64,000 nucleotides of DNA, from NCBI GenBank assembly GCA_013239625.1, contig MU055744.1, forward strand, positions 1,332,355-1,396,354, read 5' to 3'. Positions 13,261 to 25,139 of the stretch are shown here, in pieces. Source of the stretch: Lama guanicoe (Eukaryota). The notes below the pieces were generated by a model that was given only the letters and a program-made list of their open reading frames with translations, was not told where the DNA came from and did not search any database. Numbering within the stretch: the stretch's first letter is position 1; every line of letters starts with the position of its first letter. A program made the position numbers and the translations under genes.

Positions 13261-14434
13261 TCCCACCCAGAGTTGTAGAGCAGGAAACCGGCACCTTGGA
13301 CTCGCCTGACCGCTTCCCCTCTCAGGGTCACTCTCGGGAGAGTCAAGTTCCTATGGCGGGAGACCAGGGGTGCTCCAGCCTGAGCTGCGGGAGAAGGGGG
13401 CGCCAGCCCTGTGGTCCAGCGTTGACCGGGAGCGGTTGTGCGCAGCCGGCTCAGTGCGCCGGGACATGGAGTTTCTCCATGAAGCGCAGCCTCTGACAAC
13501 TTGGAACCTGAAGACGAGGCTCTGTGTGTCCACGAGATGGTGTGGAGAGAATCGGGATGAAGTCGGAGCAACCTGACGCGGTGGGCTCGCACCGGGGCAA
13601 TTCAGAGGCTCTTTCCGGCTTTGCAGGGTCTTGGGTCCTTCTCAAGGACTGTGGGAGGTTGGGCTGGGGGTTGGGTCAAGTGCATCAGGCCCGGATGGGC
13701 AGGCGCAACCTCCTTGCCCCTCCCCCGCAGGGCAGTGTGCGGGTGGCCATGGCGGGGGGGGCTGGCTCCGATTCTGAGGTCCAGGGCACAGCTGGACGTC
13801 CGTCAAGCTCGTATCGCGGGAGGAAACAGAGGCCCGGGTCCTCCGCCGCCAGGCTCACCTCCAGGTCACCGCGCTGCGCTCCAGGACACTCAGACTCGCC
13901 GGGACCTGATTTTGCACCCCTCCCCTCCCCGCCAGCCCACACCCGCCGGCTGTGTCCGTCAGCAGCCACGGCCGTCAGACGCACTGGGCCCGGCCGGTCA
14001 CAGCACAGGCTAATCTGCCTGAGCAGGCGCTGAGACCTGCAGCCTGTCCCCTACCCTGTTCTTGGGGGCGACGCCTTCGCTAAGAGTTAGCAGCGCACAT
14101 GTGGAATTTCCGTGCCAGCATTGGCCAAAGGAACAGAAAACTCTTGGGACCAGAGCTTGTCACCCACGCAAAGAACACTCCCTTATTCTAGAAGCGTCTG
14201 CGTCTCAGACATACCTTCTGCCCCGACCGTCTCCCCAGCTGGACTGGGACAGACCTCGCTGGTTCCTCTGTCTTCTCTGCGTCCCCCGGGCCCTACACGC
14301 TACCTCCTGGCACAGAGCTCTTCTTAGGAAAAGTGTTGATTAAACCCCTCCAGTCTGATAGTCTCTTCAGCTTAATTGCTGAGTTTAACAGATGTGTTTA
14401 ATTTTACTTTGTGATTGTGTTTTCATTTTTTTTC

Positions 14435-14545
14435 CTTCTCTTTTAAAATTGAAGTGCAGGTGACTTACAATGTAGTGTTAGTTTCCGGCATACAGTACAG
14501 CGATTCAGCTATGCATGTAAATACATACAGACTCCTTTTCATTAC
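14435..14545 (-). mobile_element. L1 extreme 3' end fragment
   Basis: ttttaaaattgaagtgcaggtgacttacaatgtagtgttagtttccggcatacagtacagcgattcag, reverse L1 3' terminus. Confidence 0.75.
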
Positions 14546-15474
14546 TTGTTTTCATTTTAAAAAAAACCCATTTCTTTGCTGTTTCTTTTACTTCTCCTTC
14601 TCCCCTAATGTGGAACACGCACAGGACGAAATTTTAGTGTTACCGTTTTATGACTTCATATAATATGCAGGAACCTATGTTTCTTAGTGTTCATTGGCCT
14701 GAATTAAATAATGGTTGGAGAGTATTTTCATAAGTGCAAAGCACTGTAAGTGCGGAGAGCAGGATGGTGAGGGCCCTCATGACTCAAGGGTGAAGTTAGG
14801 CTGTTACAGGCGTGACCCCTACCTTCATGTCCGCAGCCTTCAGCCGGCTGTGGGCAACAGACATTTTGTGGAATGGAGAGAGGTGATGGTGTCTGCATTT
14901 TTGAGATTTTTCTGTCCCAAGTTCAGATGCCGGAACACAGCTCTTCGTCTCCTGTTTCTGGCTGCCTATTTTTAACCTCAGCGCCCAGAGTGAATTAGAA
15001 GAGGTGAATGTGGTGCGTGAAAATGGACCCGTGTGAATGACTGTGCTTTGTCTTTATTGGTTTTGAGGAAGAGAAACAGCCGAGGTTATGGTGGTGGACG
15101 TGTGTCTGGGGAGCCACCTGGGTGTACTCCCGGTGTCTCAGTCTTGTGGTCTTGTTCGCTCCGTGAGTACAAAGAAGGGAAAGAGAGTCATCTCTCCCAC
15201 CCGCAGGAACCTGCCGTTTCTTTGAGGGGCGCTCACCGTGGATGGGACTGGAGAGTTTGTTGTCCTTTGCTGAGGGCACATCTTCATCCACGTGAAAAGC
15301 TGCACTCTCACTGGCTTGAGGTGTCAGAGGAAAGAAGCTGGGGCTGAGAGAACAGCCCAGAAAGTTAGGAGGGGAATGCTGGCGGGGAGGGACCCACAGA
15401 CCCGAATCTGCTTATATAATCCACCTAAATCCCGGGTTGACCATGAAACGCAGGAAAGTCCCTAAGGTTTCCAG

Positions 15475-15566
15475 AAAAAAAAAAAAAAAAAAAAAAAAAA
15501 CAACAAGAAAAAAAATAAAAAACCNNNNNNNNNNNNNNNNTACTCCAGCAAAAAAAAAAAAAAAAA
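15475..15566. repeat. Poly(A) tract spanning an assembly gap (16 N at 15525-15540)
   Basis: Seen directly. Confidence 0.95.
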
Positions 15567-15599
15567 GCAGCTGGAAACTTAATTTAGCAGCCATTTCGG

Positions 15600-17875
15600 C
15601 TGCTGCCCACGGCAGGGAAGATGCAGTGTGAAGTCTGGGTCCAGCCGACCAAGCTAACTGTCAGAACAAGTATTCCTCTTCAGGAGAGAGAGTCAGACCC
15701 AGAGTCCTCGTCATAAATCATTCAGACTGTCCAGCGTCCGATAAAAAAAAGCATCCAACTTGCAAAGAAACAAGAAGAAGTGAGTCATAGTCAAGGGAAG
15801 AAGGAAACGGGGCAGTGGGAACCCACCTTGAGGTGACCTGGCCTCACAATGAGCAGCTTTTACAAATACGGTTGGGGACTCCCACTAAAGTGTGTGCCAA
15901 ACGAAGGAACAGATGGGGAGCCTCAGCAGAGAAACAGAAACTGTTAAAAAAAGGGCCAAATGGAATTTCCCGGACCAAGAAGCACGATAACTTAAATGAA
16001 CAGTCCCCGTTCATTAATAGGAGATTGCAGATGGCAGAGGAGAGAGTCACTGAACTTGAAAGTAGTTCAGTGGAAGTTGCACACTCTAGATAACAGAGGA
16101 AGGAGATTGGAAAATGTGCAGAGCCTCAGACATGGGGCGGCGTCAAGGTGTCTAACAGGTATAACCGGAATCCCAGAAGGTGAAGGGGGAGGGAATAGGC
16201 GGGGCAAAAACACACCTCCTACACCCCGAAGCCTCGGTGGTAAAACTGCAGAGTGTCGCCGGGAGAAGCTAAAGACCCGAATCAACGGAAGTGTATACTG
16301 TCTTCATGGATTGGAAGGTGATACTGTTACGATGTCAGTTTTCCCCAGATTAAACTGTAGATTCGCCTACAGCTCCTGTTACAATTCCAGCAGTCTCTTT
16401 TTTCGTTTAATGGACAAGGTGACTGTAAAGTTTGTGTGGAAACACAAAGGACTTGAGGATAGTCTGAACAGTGCTATAAATGAACAGAGCTAGAGCATTT
16501 ACACTCCCTGAATTCAAGACTCTCGATGAGACTAAAGCAATCGAGTGGCGTAAGTACAGCTGACTCTACCGAGGGGCCAGAGCACACCCACACCCATGTG
16601 CCCACTGGCTTTTGTCCACGGGATCCAAGCCATCCAACGAGGAAGAGAAAGTGTTCAACAAATTGTTCTGAAACACCTGGGTATCCATGTGGGGATGGGG
16701 ACGTGCACCCCAACCCCTAGCTCACACCATACACAAAAATTAATTTGCGATGGATCGGAGACCTGAACATAAACACTGAAACCGCAGAGTTCTTAGAGAG
16801 GACATAGGAGAAAATTCCTTGCAGCATGGAAGGAAGCAACGATTTCTAACTTGAGGCATGAAGACTTCTTAGATGGGACACAGGGTAGCATCAGGACACC
16901 GAAGAAGAAAAATGCGATAGATTTGCTTTCATTAAAATTCAGAATGAATGCTTATCAAAAGACACCAGGAAAAAAAATGAGTAGCCATGCCAGAGACTGA
17001 AAAAAAAATCACAAAACAAATCTGACAAAAGACTTGTATCCATGATACAAAGAACTCCTAGGATTCAATAAGAAAAAGGCGACCAATCGTTAGAAGTGGA
17101 AAAAGCCTGGAGCAAGCCTTCCACCTGGGAAGATGCACAGGTGCGCGTCAGTACATGGGGAAATCCTCAGCGTCATCAATGAGGAGGGAGGTGCAAAAGC
17201 AACCGCAGGTGCGTTTCACTACATACCCACCCCAGTGGCTAAAATTTAAAAGTCTGGGGAGCGCCAGAGCTGGGGAGGACCAGGAACAACTCGCCGGTGC
17301 ACGCTGCTCGGGGGGCAGTAGATGCCGCGGCCGCTTTGGGAGAGCGCGTGGCAGTTGCTGATGAAGCTGAACACACCTGCCTGTGATCCGGCCATTCCGC
17401 TCCCCGGGCGCTTTCAGTCCACGGAAAGGAAAAGAAGAGGGATGCTCATAGCAGCTTTTACTGAGAACGACCAGAACGTGGAGGCCACCCAGGTGCTCCT
17501 CAGGAGGAGAGTGGCTGTCAGATTGCGGCGCCTTCAGAGCATGGATTAGGGCCAGCAGTAAAGAGGGATGACCTGCGGTGGAGGCAACTGCGTGGATCTC
17601 AGAGGCGTGACGTGAGGGCAGGAGGCCAGACACGGAAGCGACATGACGCACGAGGCGGCTGGTATGACGTTCTAGAGCAGACAGAAGTAGCCTGCGGTGA
17701 GGAGCCGTTGTGGTGGGGCCGGCTACTAGGGGTGGATCAGGGAGGAGGGGGCGTCTCCGGGGATGAGAATGTCTGTGACGTGGCGGGGTGTGCACAATAC
17801 CGGTGTGTCTGTCCCCTCGTCAGAACGGTACGCCTAAGGGTGCAGCTCGATCTGTGCAAACCGTCGTCAAAACAC
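15600..17875 (+). mobile_element. Ancient L1M element, sense to VAV2: ORF1 remnant, ORF2 3' remnant and 3' end
   Basis: ORF1-like RLQMAEERVTELE (16020-16070); ORF2-like tcatggattggaag...ccccagattaaactgtagattc and ctcacaccatacacaaaaattaat; L1MB/MC/ME-type 3' end; many stops and frameshifts. Confidence 0.85.
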
Positions 17876-20800
17876 GGTGAGAGACCTGTGCGAAGGCTTT
17901 CTGCCCCGTGCTTAGAACGCAGTGGGAGCTCTGTAGACGTCGGTGTGCCAGGATCTGAGGATGGCGCCAGGAAGGAGGGAGGCGTAGAAGGGCACCTTCC
18001 TAGGACCCTGCAGTCCACACGGCTTCCAAGCACCTTTCAAGTCCCACCCGTCCTGGAAGCTTCTGACCCCTCCAGCCCTCGCTGTCCTCTCCCTCCTAGG
18101 AATACTGCAGCTCTTGCTTTGGCTCCACGTGGGGCAGGTGCCCGCCTCACCTCAAGATCAACAGATCACCTCTTGTATTTCTCTGAAGAGCCCTCAGTGC
18201 CCGCGTCATCGGGGACTCGGCCAATGAAAGCAGGGGACCCGTCCACCTGACCGGGAGGCCCCGGAACAGGAACACGGCTTCTGCAAGACCGTGGCCAGTT
18301 CCCGCATGTCCGTCCCGGTCTCCCCACCCCACGACGGAGAGCCTGAGTTCCTCTGGGAGATGAGCGAGTTGCATCTTGGGCCCTGATTCCGGCTGCCTGG
18401 TGGTGGGGGCGGCACGGAGGCCTTTGCTGAAAGGGATTCCGGGCTGAGTGGGATGGAATCCTAGGATCAACTAGGGTGCTTCCCAAACGTAGGGTGAGGA
18501 CGGGGGCTCCTGGGCTGGCAGATTGCCGTTGCTGCACCGGTGACCTGGAGGACTCTTTCCAGGCTGGCATTGTCATTTTTATTCATTTCATCGGCTCTTC
18601 AACTATTTAACTGTCACGCGCCCCACCACCTTCCTTCCACCGGCCCATCAGAGCAAAGCCGATGTCTGTCTCCAGACCTTACACAGCCTGATGTGCCTTC
18701 GAGGTGTCTAAGTTAGCAGCCCAGGAGCTTCCCTGTCTCCCCTCTGCTCCACGCTGTCAGAATTCTCGATGGGGCCTCTGTCACCAGCCGCGCTTGGCTG
18801 CAAGACAGAAATCCGGGGTGTCTGAAACCCAGAGGAAGGGACCCCTGCAGGGACTCGCCTGGACCCCAGGAACTTGGCGGGCAGAGCTGCGGGAACTGTT
18901 TCCTTTGGGGACAGCATCTGGAGAGGCGGGGGTGGTTTGTGTCAGCATGAGTGACCGTTCCCCTGGCCTGCCTTGGGGGACGGACCTCCGAGGCGGGGAG
19001 TGAGCAAATCCAGGAGTTGCAGATGCTCCTCCTTGCCTTCTCGTTGGTTCCAGCGGGAGCGGGGAGGCTCTGTCACCGTCTGGGTACTGATTTGCACCCC
19101 AGGATGCATTCTCAGGACTGCCGACATCCAGATACTCATCCTGCGGTGGAGGGCGGACGGGAGAGGGTGAGGACCCGCCTGACTGAGCTCCCCTCACCTC
19201 TCCTGGTAGCTGCTGGGGCCTCGATGCAACTTTCATCTGAGACGGCCGGTGCTCTCCACCGCCAAGGGTCTGTGAGGTTGAAAGGCAGACATGTTTTCCG
19301 GTGCCTGACACGTGCATTGGGGTCCGAAGTGTCTCGTCAGTGGGTGGGCGGCTGTTACATCGTAGTTACAGGAGTCCGGCGGCTGGTCCGGCACAGTGTG
19401 ACCTGGCTTTGTCCTCTGGCCAGCTTTTGGCTTCCTCACACCTGGAGTGGCTGTAGAGCATAGAGGGAAGGACCCCAAAGCAGCCGCCTGTGGAGGTCTC
19501 ACCAAGATGGGAGCTGGCGCAGCCCCGGAACCGCCCAGAGAGAAGTCCAGATGCACCTGCCCACAGCCCCACTGCAGCTCGGTCCCACGGGGAGGCGTCC
19601 AGGGCTCTGGGGAGACCAGCCCCTCTGGCCGGGAAGGCCTTCCTTGAATACTCCCTGTCCGCTAGATTTTCTGCGCTCTCTTCCCACCCACCCCACCCAC
19701 CCCAGCCTATAGAATGACAGTTAATATTCAAAAGCTGGGTGTGGGGCGGGGCCAGGAACCCATTCCTAAGAGCGGGTGGTGTCATTTCTGCCCTGGCCTC
19801 CGTCCCTCCCTGTCCCTGGGACTCCGGCTCTGCCGGTGGGGAGGGGGCTGCTCCACCTCATTCTGACGCCTTTCGGAAGAGAACTGTGCCGGGCCTGCTC
19901 CGGGCCAGGCCATGGGGTGTGTCCTCGCACAGAGAGGTGCGCGGGGCTGGCACGGGCCTCCAGGGTGAGCTGGCCCGGAGCACGGCTGCGCTGAGGACGG
20001 ACCCCACGGCAGACTGAACTGCTGGCCGCCCCGGGCCCAGGGTGGCTCCCGTCCCTTAGCCCCAGGCCAGAGTGACCCTCGCGGAATGGGGGGCGGTTTG
20101 TGCCGGCCCCAAGGGAACTGGTGGGTGGTTTGGTTGGCGCGTGTGCTGATTCAGTGAAATGTTTACCAAGCACCTCCTTGGGTCAGGCGTGGAGGTCAGC
20201 GGGATTAAGAAGCAGGGTTTCTCCTGGGGAAGAGGCAGGCTCATCCATGGGCACTTACAGAGCAAGTGCAGAAGCGGTGAGAGGGGTGCACTTCGTACAG
20301 GAGTGTCAGGGAGAGTCCCGGATCGCAGACCGGGCGGTGGAGCCCCGAAGGCCTCTTGGGGGAGGTGTCCGATGACCTAAGTCTTACAGATCAGAGGGGA
20401 TGACTTGCTGGCAAGATCATGAGCTGAAACAAAGGTTTATTACTGAACTACAAGTTAAGCAGTAGCTTCCTTGCTGGGTTGGTGAGTCCTGTCACAAACT
20501 TCGAGCCCCTCTGCTCCGCTTCTTTGCCGCCTGGAAGGGAAGATGTCCACGTGTGAGCTCTGCACTTTGACCTTCACACTTCCTCTGCGAGGGCTGGGGG
20601 ACCCTGGGCTGAGCCAGGAGTCCTCGGGCCTCCAGGTCACAGGTGTGGGCCGCGGGAGACGGGAGCGCAGGCCCCAGGCTGGGCACGCCTGTTGATTGGC
20701 TGTGCAAAGATTCCCCAGGGCGATGTCTCACCTCAGGTCCCGGCGTGTGGCCCCTGCATTTACTCAAGGGCTGCAGAAGCTGGGCGTGGTCACGGTGGGA

Positions 20801-20984
20801 CCTTCTAGAAGCGCAGCAGGAAGGGCACCAGATGCTCCCCAGGCTGCCCGAGTGAAACTCACAGACACCCCGGGAGGCAGGGGGTGCGCCCTGTCCTTAG
20901 ACCAAGGGACTGAAGCCGAGAGGGAGTGGCTTGTGGTGGCGCTGACGGCCGCTCAGCCCTCTGACCTGCTTCCCTCCTGTGCAG

Positions 20985-21087
20985 CGAACACGACGTGGGA
21001 GAGGACATCTACGACTGCGTCCCGTGCGAAGATGAAGGGGACGACATCTACGAGGACATCATCAAGGTGGAGGTGCAGCAGCCCAGG
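20985..21087 (+). CDS. VAV2: VAV2 exon 5 (103 nt), acidic region with two regulatory Tyr
   Basis: tgcag|C GAA...CCC AGG|gtgagc; [34 protein letters not shown]. Confidence 0.97.
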
Positions 21088-22869
21088 GTGAGCCCCTGCG
21101 CGCCCCGCCCGCCCTGCGCCGCGCCCCGCCCACCCCGCGCCGCCGTCACAGCCTCTGCGCTGACCCCAGCGTCTGAGCCACCAACAGGAAGCTGCACCGG
21201 GTCCTTCCCGGCCCCCACGGGGGTCCTCCCCTCGGGCCAGTCGGCCAGGAGCCCTTCTTCCCTCTGGAATGTTCTAGGGAGACTGTGACCGCCCCGGCAC
21301 GACACCTCCCCAGACGCGTGGCCGTGGAAGTCTCTGAAGGGCGCCCGGGGCTCGTGGTCCTGCCCAGGACTTCTGCTGGTCTCAGCAGCCCGCACCCCTC
21401 CGCCCCTTTGTGCAGAGAGCGGCGAGCCGCCCTTGGCTCGGCTAGCCAGCTGCGCGTCTTTCAGGAGCGGGTGCTTCTTTCCAACGGGCGCTGGCTAATC
21501 ATCTCTCGGACGCCCGTCTGCTGCAGCTCCATTGTGTCGCCCACAGCTGCCGAGCTGGGGGAGAGGGGTGGCCCTGCTGGGCCAGAATGGGAGACGGGGA
21601 CCTGGTGGGGCGGGCCACAGCCCCCTCACACCCCCAGGCTCCTGGGGCGGCCGAGATGCCGCGCACCAACTGCAGAGGCTTTTGGTACCATTTGTTTTCA
21701 CCCAAGAAATGGGGGAAATTTCTCAGAAAGCAAGTTTCAGTGTTTTTCGTTGGTGTGGGAGTAACCAGCTGGGGATGGAGAAGCAGAATTCTGGGAGACA
21801 GCTCCCAGAGGCCTTTCAGAGGGGCTCCCCTGCCGGGAGAGGGGCAGGGGTGCTGGGCGGCGGCTCACAGCCTCCAGACTCTGCCGTCAAGGACGTTTTC
21901 TCATGTGGCCTCTCACGCGTCTGAAGGTGGGTTTCCTTCTCCATAGGTGCTAGGGATCTCGCTCCGGAGGCAGCTGTGGGTCTGTGACCCCTGGTCTGCC
22001 CTCCCCCGGGCAGCCTTGCAGTGGGCAGCCCTGCTCCCGAGCCTTCCAGGGCAGTGGGCCACGAGGGCTGGAAGGCCGGGCTGGTGCCCGGCTGCAGGGG
22101 GCCCTGCTTAGCCTCCCTGGAGCTGCCCTGAAAGGCCGGCCTTCCGTCTTTGGCAGCAAGCTGAGACAGGCCACCGCACCCCCCGGGCCCTTTGGGACCT
22201 TGCTGTCCTGCAGGTCAAGCAAGGGCATGGGGTGTAGAGTTCTGGGTGGTTGTCTTGGGGACCGCCCCCAGCCGTGCAGACTCCCGAGAGACCCCGTCCG
22301 CCCGGCCTGTGGAGGCCCTAGGGGGCGCTCCCCAGAGCCTGCTGCTGTCCCTGGTCCTGAAGGCACACGGCAGGACCTGCGGGGCTGGGGCAGATGCCCG
22401 CCTGTGTGCTGGGGACAGGCCCACGTCCCACCTGCCCTGTGCTGCTTTGGGTCCCAGTGCTCGGTGCTGGGCCCACGAGCTGTCCTGTCTGTCCAGGCAG
22501 GGTGGGCCTCCGGCCACCCACCAGGTCCTCTGACATAAAACAGCTGTTTTATTTCCTCCCCTCTCATGTCTGGGGCTCTCTGAACAGTCTAAGTGGGAGA
22601 CACGAGGAAGGATGGTGTTTCCAAAGGAGGATAAAGCCAGGGGGTGGCAGGTGCCACTCTCGGACCCCACCCAAGGGGAGGCTGCCCCGTGCTCGGTCCC
22701 GGCGCTGTCCCCCCACCCCACCCAGCCAGGCCGATGCGCGGAGGGTGTGGTGTGACCTCTGGGGCCGCTGGCAAAGTGTGCAGCCCCCTGGCCTCCCCCA
22801 AGCACAGCTTGAATGAGAATAAGCACTGCTAACTGGCTCTTTCTCCTGTTTCTTCCTTCACGCTTTCAG

Positions 22870-22884
22870 ATTAGATACATGCAG
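22870..22884 (+). CDS. VAV2: VAV2 exon 6, 15-nt alternative microexon IRYMQ
   Basis: Branch point ctaac (22829-33), long pyrimidine tract, ttcag|ATTAGATACATGCAG|gtaagt; matches the IRYMQ insert of the long VAV2 isoform. Confidence 0.93.
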
Positions 22885-23391
22885 GTAAGTGGCAGGTGGA
22901 GGAAGGCCGGGGTAAGTCCTGCCAGCGCCGCCTTCCTCCACCTTCAGGGAGGTCTCAGACCCCTTTGAAACAACTCAGGACCCTGTCCCCAGGGAGGTGC
23001 TGTCAGGCACACATCCTTACACAGTTTTGGGGGTCCTGGGCCCTCAGTGCCACGTTCCCAGGCTGAGCCGGGCTTCGGGCCTTGGGAAGGTGTGATGTGC
23101 CCGCCTGCACGTGCTGGAGGGGGCCGCTTCTGAGGGCCTCACGCCGGTCTGGTGGAGACCGAGATTCAGAAGTCTCTGACCGGTCCTCTGCACTGTCACC
23201 GGTGCCAGGCTCACGCCACGTCCCCTGCCTGTGCCTCAGTTTCCTCCGCTGCAGAAGGGAGGCAAGGGCCTGCCTGTCCTGCCTCCCGCCTGGCTGCACC
23301 CTTTCAGCTCGGCGACCCCACGGCCGGGCCTGGGCGTCAGCAGGCGGTGGGCCTGGCGGGTCCTGGCTCATGTCCCGCATCCTTCCTCTAG

Positions 23392-23490
23392 AAAATGGGG
23401 ATGACAGAGGACGACAAGAGGAGCTGCTGCTTGCTGGAGATTCAGGAGACTGAGGCCAAGTACTGCCGGACCCTGGAGGACATTGAGAAG
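23392..23490 (+). CDS. VAV2: VAV2 exon 7 (99 nt), start of DH domain
   Basis: ctag|AAA ATG...GAG AAG|gtgggc; [33 protein letters not shown]. Confidence 0.97.
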
Positions 23491-24733
23491 GTGGGCGTGG
23501 GCCTTGGCCACCGGGTCCCTGTCTCCAGGCAGGGCCTCGGGGCGACGGTGGTGGAGGGGGTGCGCGGTGGCCCTCTCGGTTTCGTAGCCAAAAAGGAGGT
23601 CGCCCTCACCTTTCCTCTGCCCTCTGCCCTCCCCACAAGCTCCATCCAGGTCAGTTTCCGTGTCAGCCGCCACGTCGGCCGGGGTCCCACCTCCCGTCCC
23701 TCGGCCTCAGCTCTGGCCCTGGGCTGTCCTGAGCGGGTCTCTGCAGTTCTTCCCAGCCTAAGCCCAGTGTCACTGCGGCTCATTTTTTTATGTTTGCGCC
23801 CTCACCCAGAGCTAAGCACCTTCTGTATGCTCTCAGCCAGGCCAGGCCCTGAGCTAAGCTCCTTACATATACCTTCTCAGCTGGGTGCTCTGCACCCGGC
23901 CTCCCCTCTGTAAGTGGGAGACGGCAGTGCCCCCTGTAGGTGGCTGTGAGTGGCCTGCACCTGGGACATAGCTGGGCCCGATGACGTGAGTCTTTGGAAC
24001 CCCCGTGGCTGACCCTGCGCTCCCCTAAGTGGCTGGTCAGTGCTGTCTCCGCGCCGGCCTGCCCAGTTCCTGCAGGACCACAGTGGGCCTCCTCCCCTGC
24101 CCTGTCCTGGCCTCCAGTGGGCGCTGGCTTGACGCCATTTCCCTGTCACTGGGGCGTCCTCACTGCCATCTGCTGGTGCTTACTGAGGTGAAGGAAGCAG
24201 GATCATTCTTGAGGTAGAACCTCCCTGCCTAGCCCGGGTCACAGCGCAGGGCCACCTGTGGCCGTGATGGGGATACCAGGGGTGTCCCCACTGTTTAGGG
24301 CCCTGTGGAGCCTCCAGCCAGGAGTCCTAAGATGCCCCTTGGCCCCAGGTCTCTGACCTTTCCCCTCCTCCTGCCCCACCCAACCCTCACCCTCCAGGCC
24401 CCCGCCCGCCAGCCTTTCCGCAGACACGTCATCCCAGCTGCACCCTGCCCACCCCTCCCCCAGCAGACCCTCTCCTTCGAGTCCGGCTCCCGGGTCAGCT
24501 CCTTCCAGGGCCCCACAGGCTCTACACAGCCCGAGTCCCGTGGCAGAAAAACTGTCTCCACCCCTGGAACGCGGCCTTGGAGGGCAGGCGCGGCCCGTGG
24601 CAGGCACAGTGCACGTCGGGGGTTGAGCTCGGGGCGTGTGGTGTGCTGGACACTCTTGGGGACAACCACGTTTGTAATCCTCCCCTGACCACCCCAAGGG
24701 ACACTGCTGTCCCCATGTCACAGGTGAGGAAAC

Positions 24734-25139
24734 CAAGCCGGAGAGGCCAGTGCCCGCACGGCGGCCCAGGATCGGTCCAAGGGGCAGGACCCTGCTGGAG
24801 AAGGGGCAGAGAGAGGGGAGGGTTCCTGCAGGGGCTTCCGGGGCAGGGGCTGAGCTCCACGTGTGGGCATCTCGTCCGAGTCTGGGCTCAGAGCCTTGGG
24901 CAGAAGCGCCCCCGCCACTGGGGGCTTACGGGGCTGCAAGCCGGAGAGGCCAGTGCCCGCACGGCGGCCCAGGATCGGTCCAGGGGGCAGGACCCTGCTG
25001 GAGAAGGGGCAGAGAGAGGGGAGGGTTCCTCCAGGGGCTTCCGGGGCAGGGGCTGAGCTCCACATGTGGGCACCTCGTCCGAGTCTGGGCTCAGAGCCTC
25101 GGGCAGAAGCGCCCCCGCCACTGGGGGCTTACTGGGCTG
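24734..25139. repeat. Direct tandem duplication, 2 x 203 bp
   Basis: Copies 24734-24936 and 24937-25139, about 6 mismatches counted by eye. Confidence 0.95.

Noticed and set aside
15463-15581. Short inverted repeat (gtttccag / ctggaaac) flanking the poly(A)/N gap as a MITE or retrocopy
   Set aside because: Only 8-11 bp, no target-site duplication, and the sequence next to the gap is unreliable.
15996-16493. 165-aa ORF with L1-like peptide fragments
   Set aside because: Chance open frame across a decayed L1M, not an intact ORF1 or ORF2.
24734-25139. Direct repeats as CRISPR array or LTR pair
   Set aside because: Two abutting copies with no spacers or internal sequence in eukaryotic intron DNA; a simple tandem duplication.
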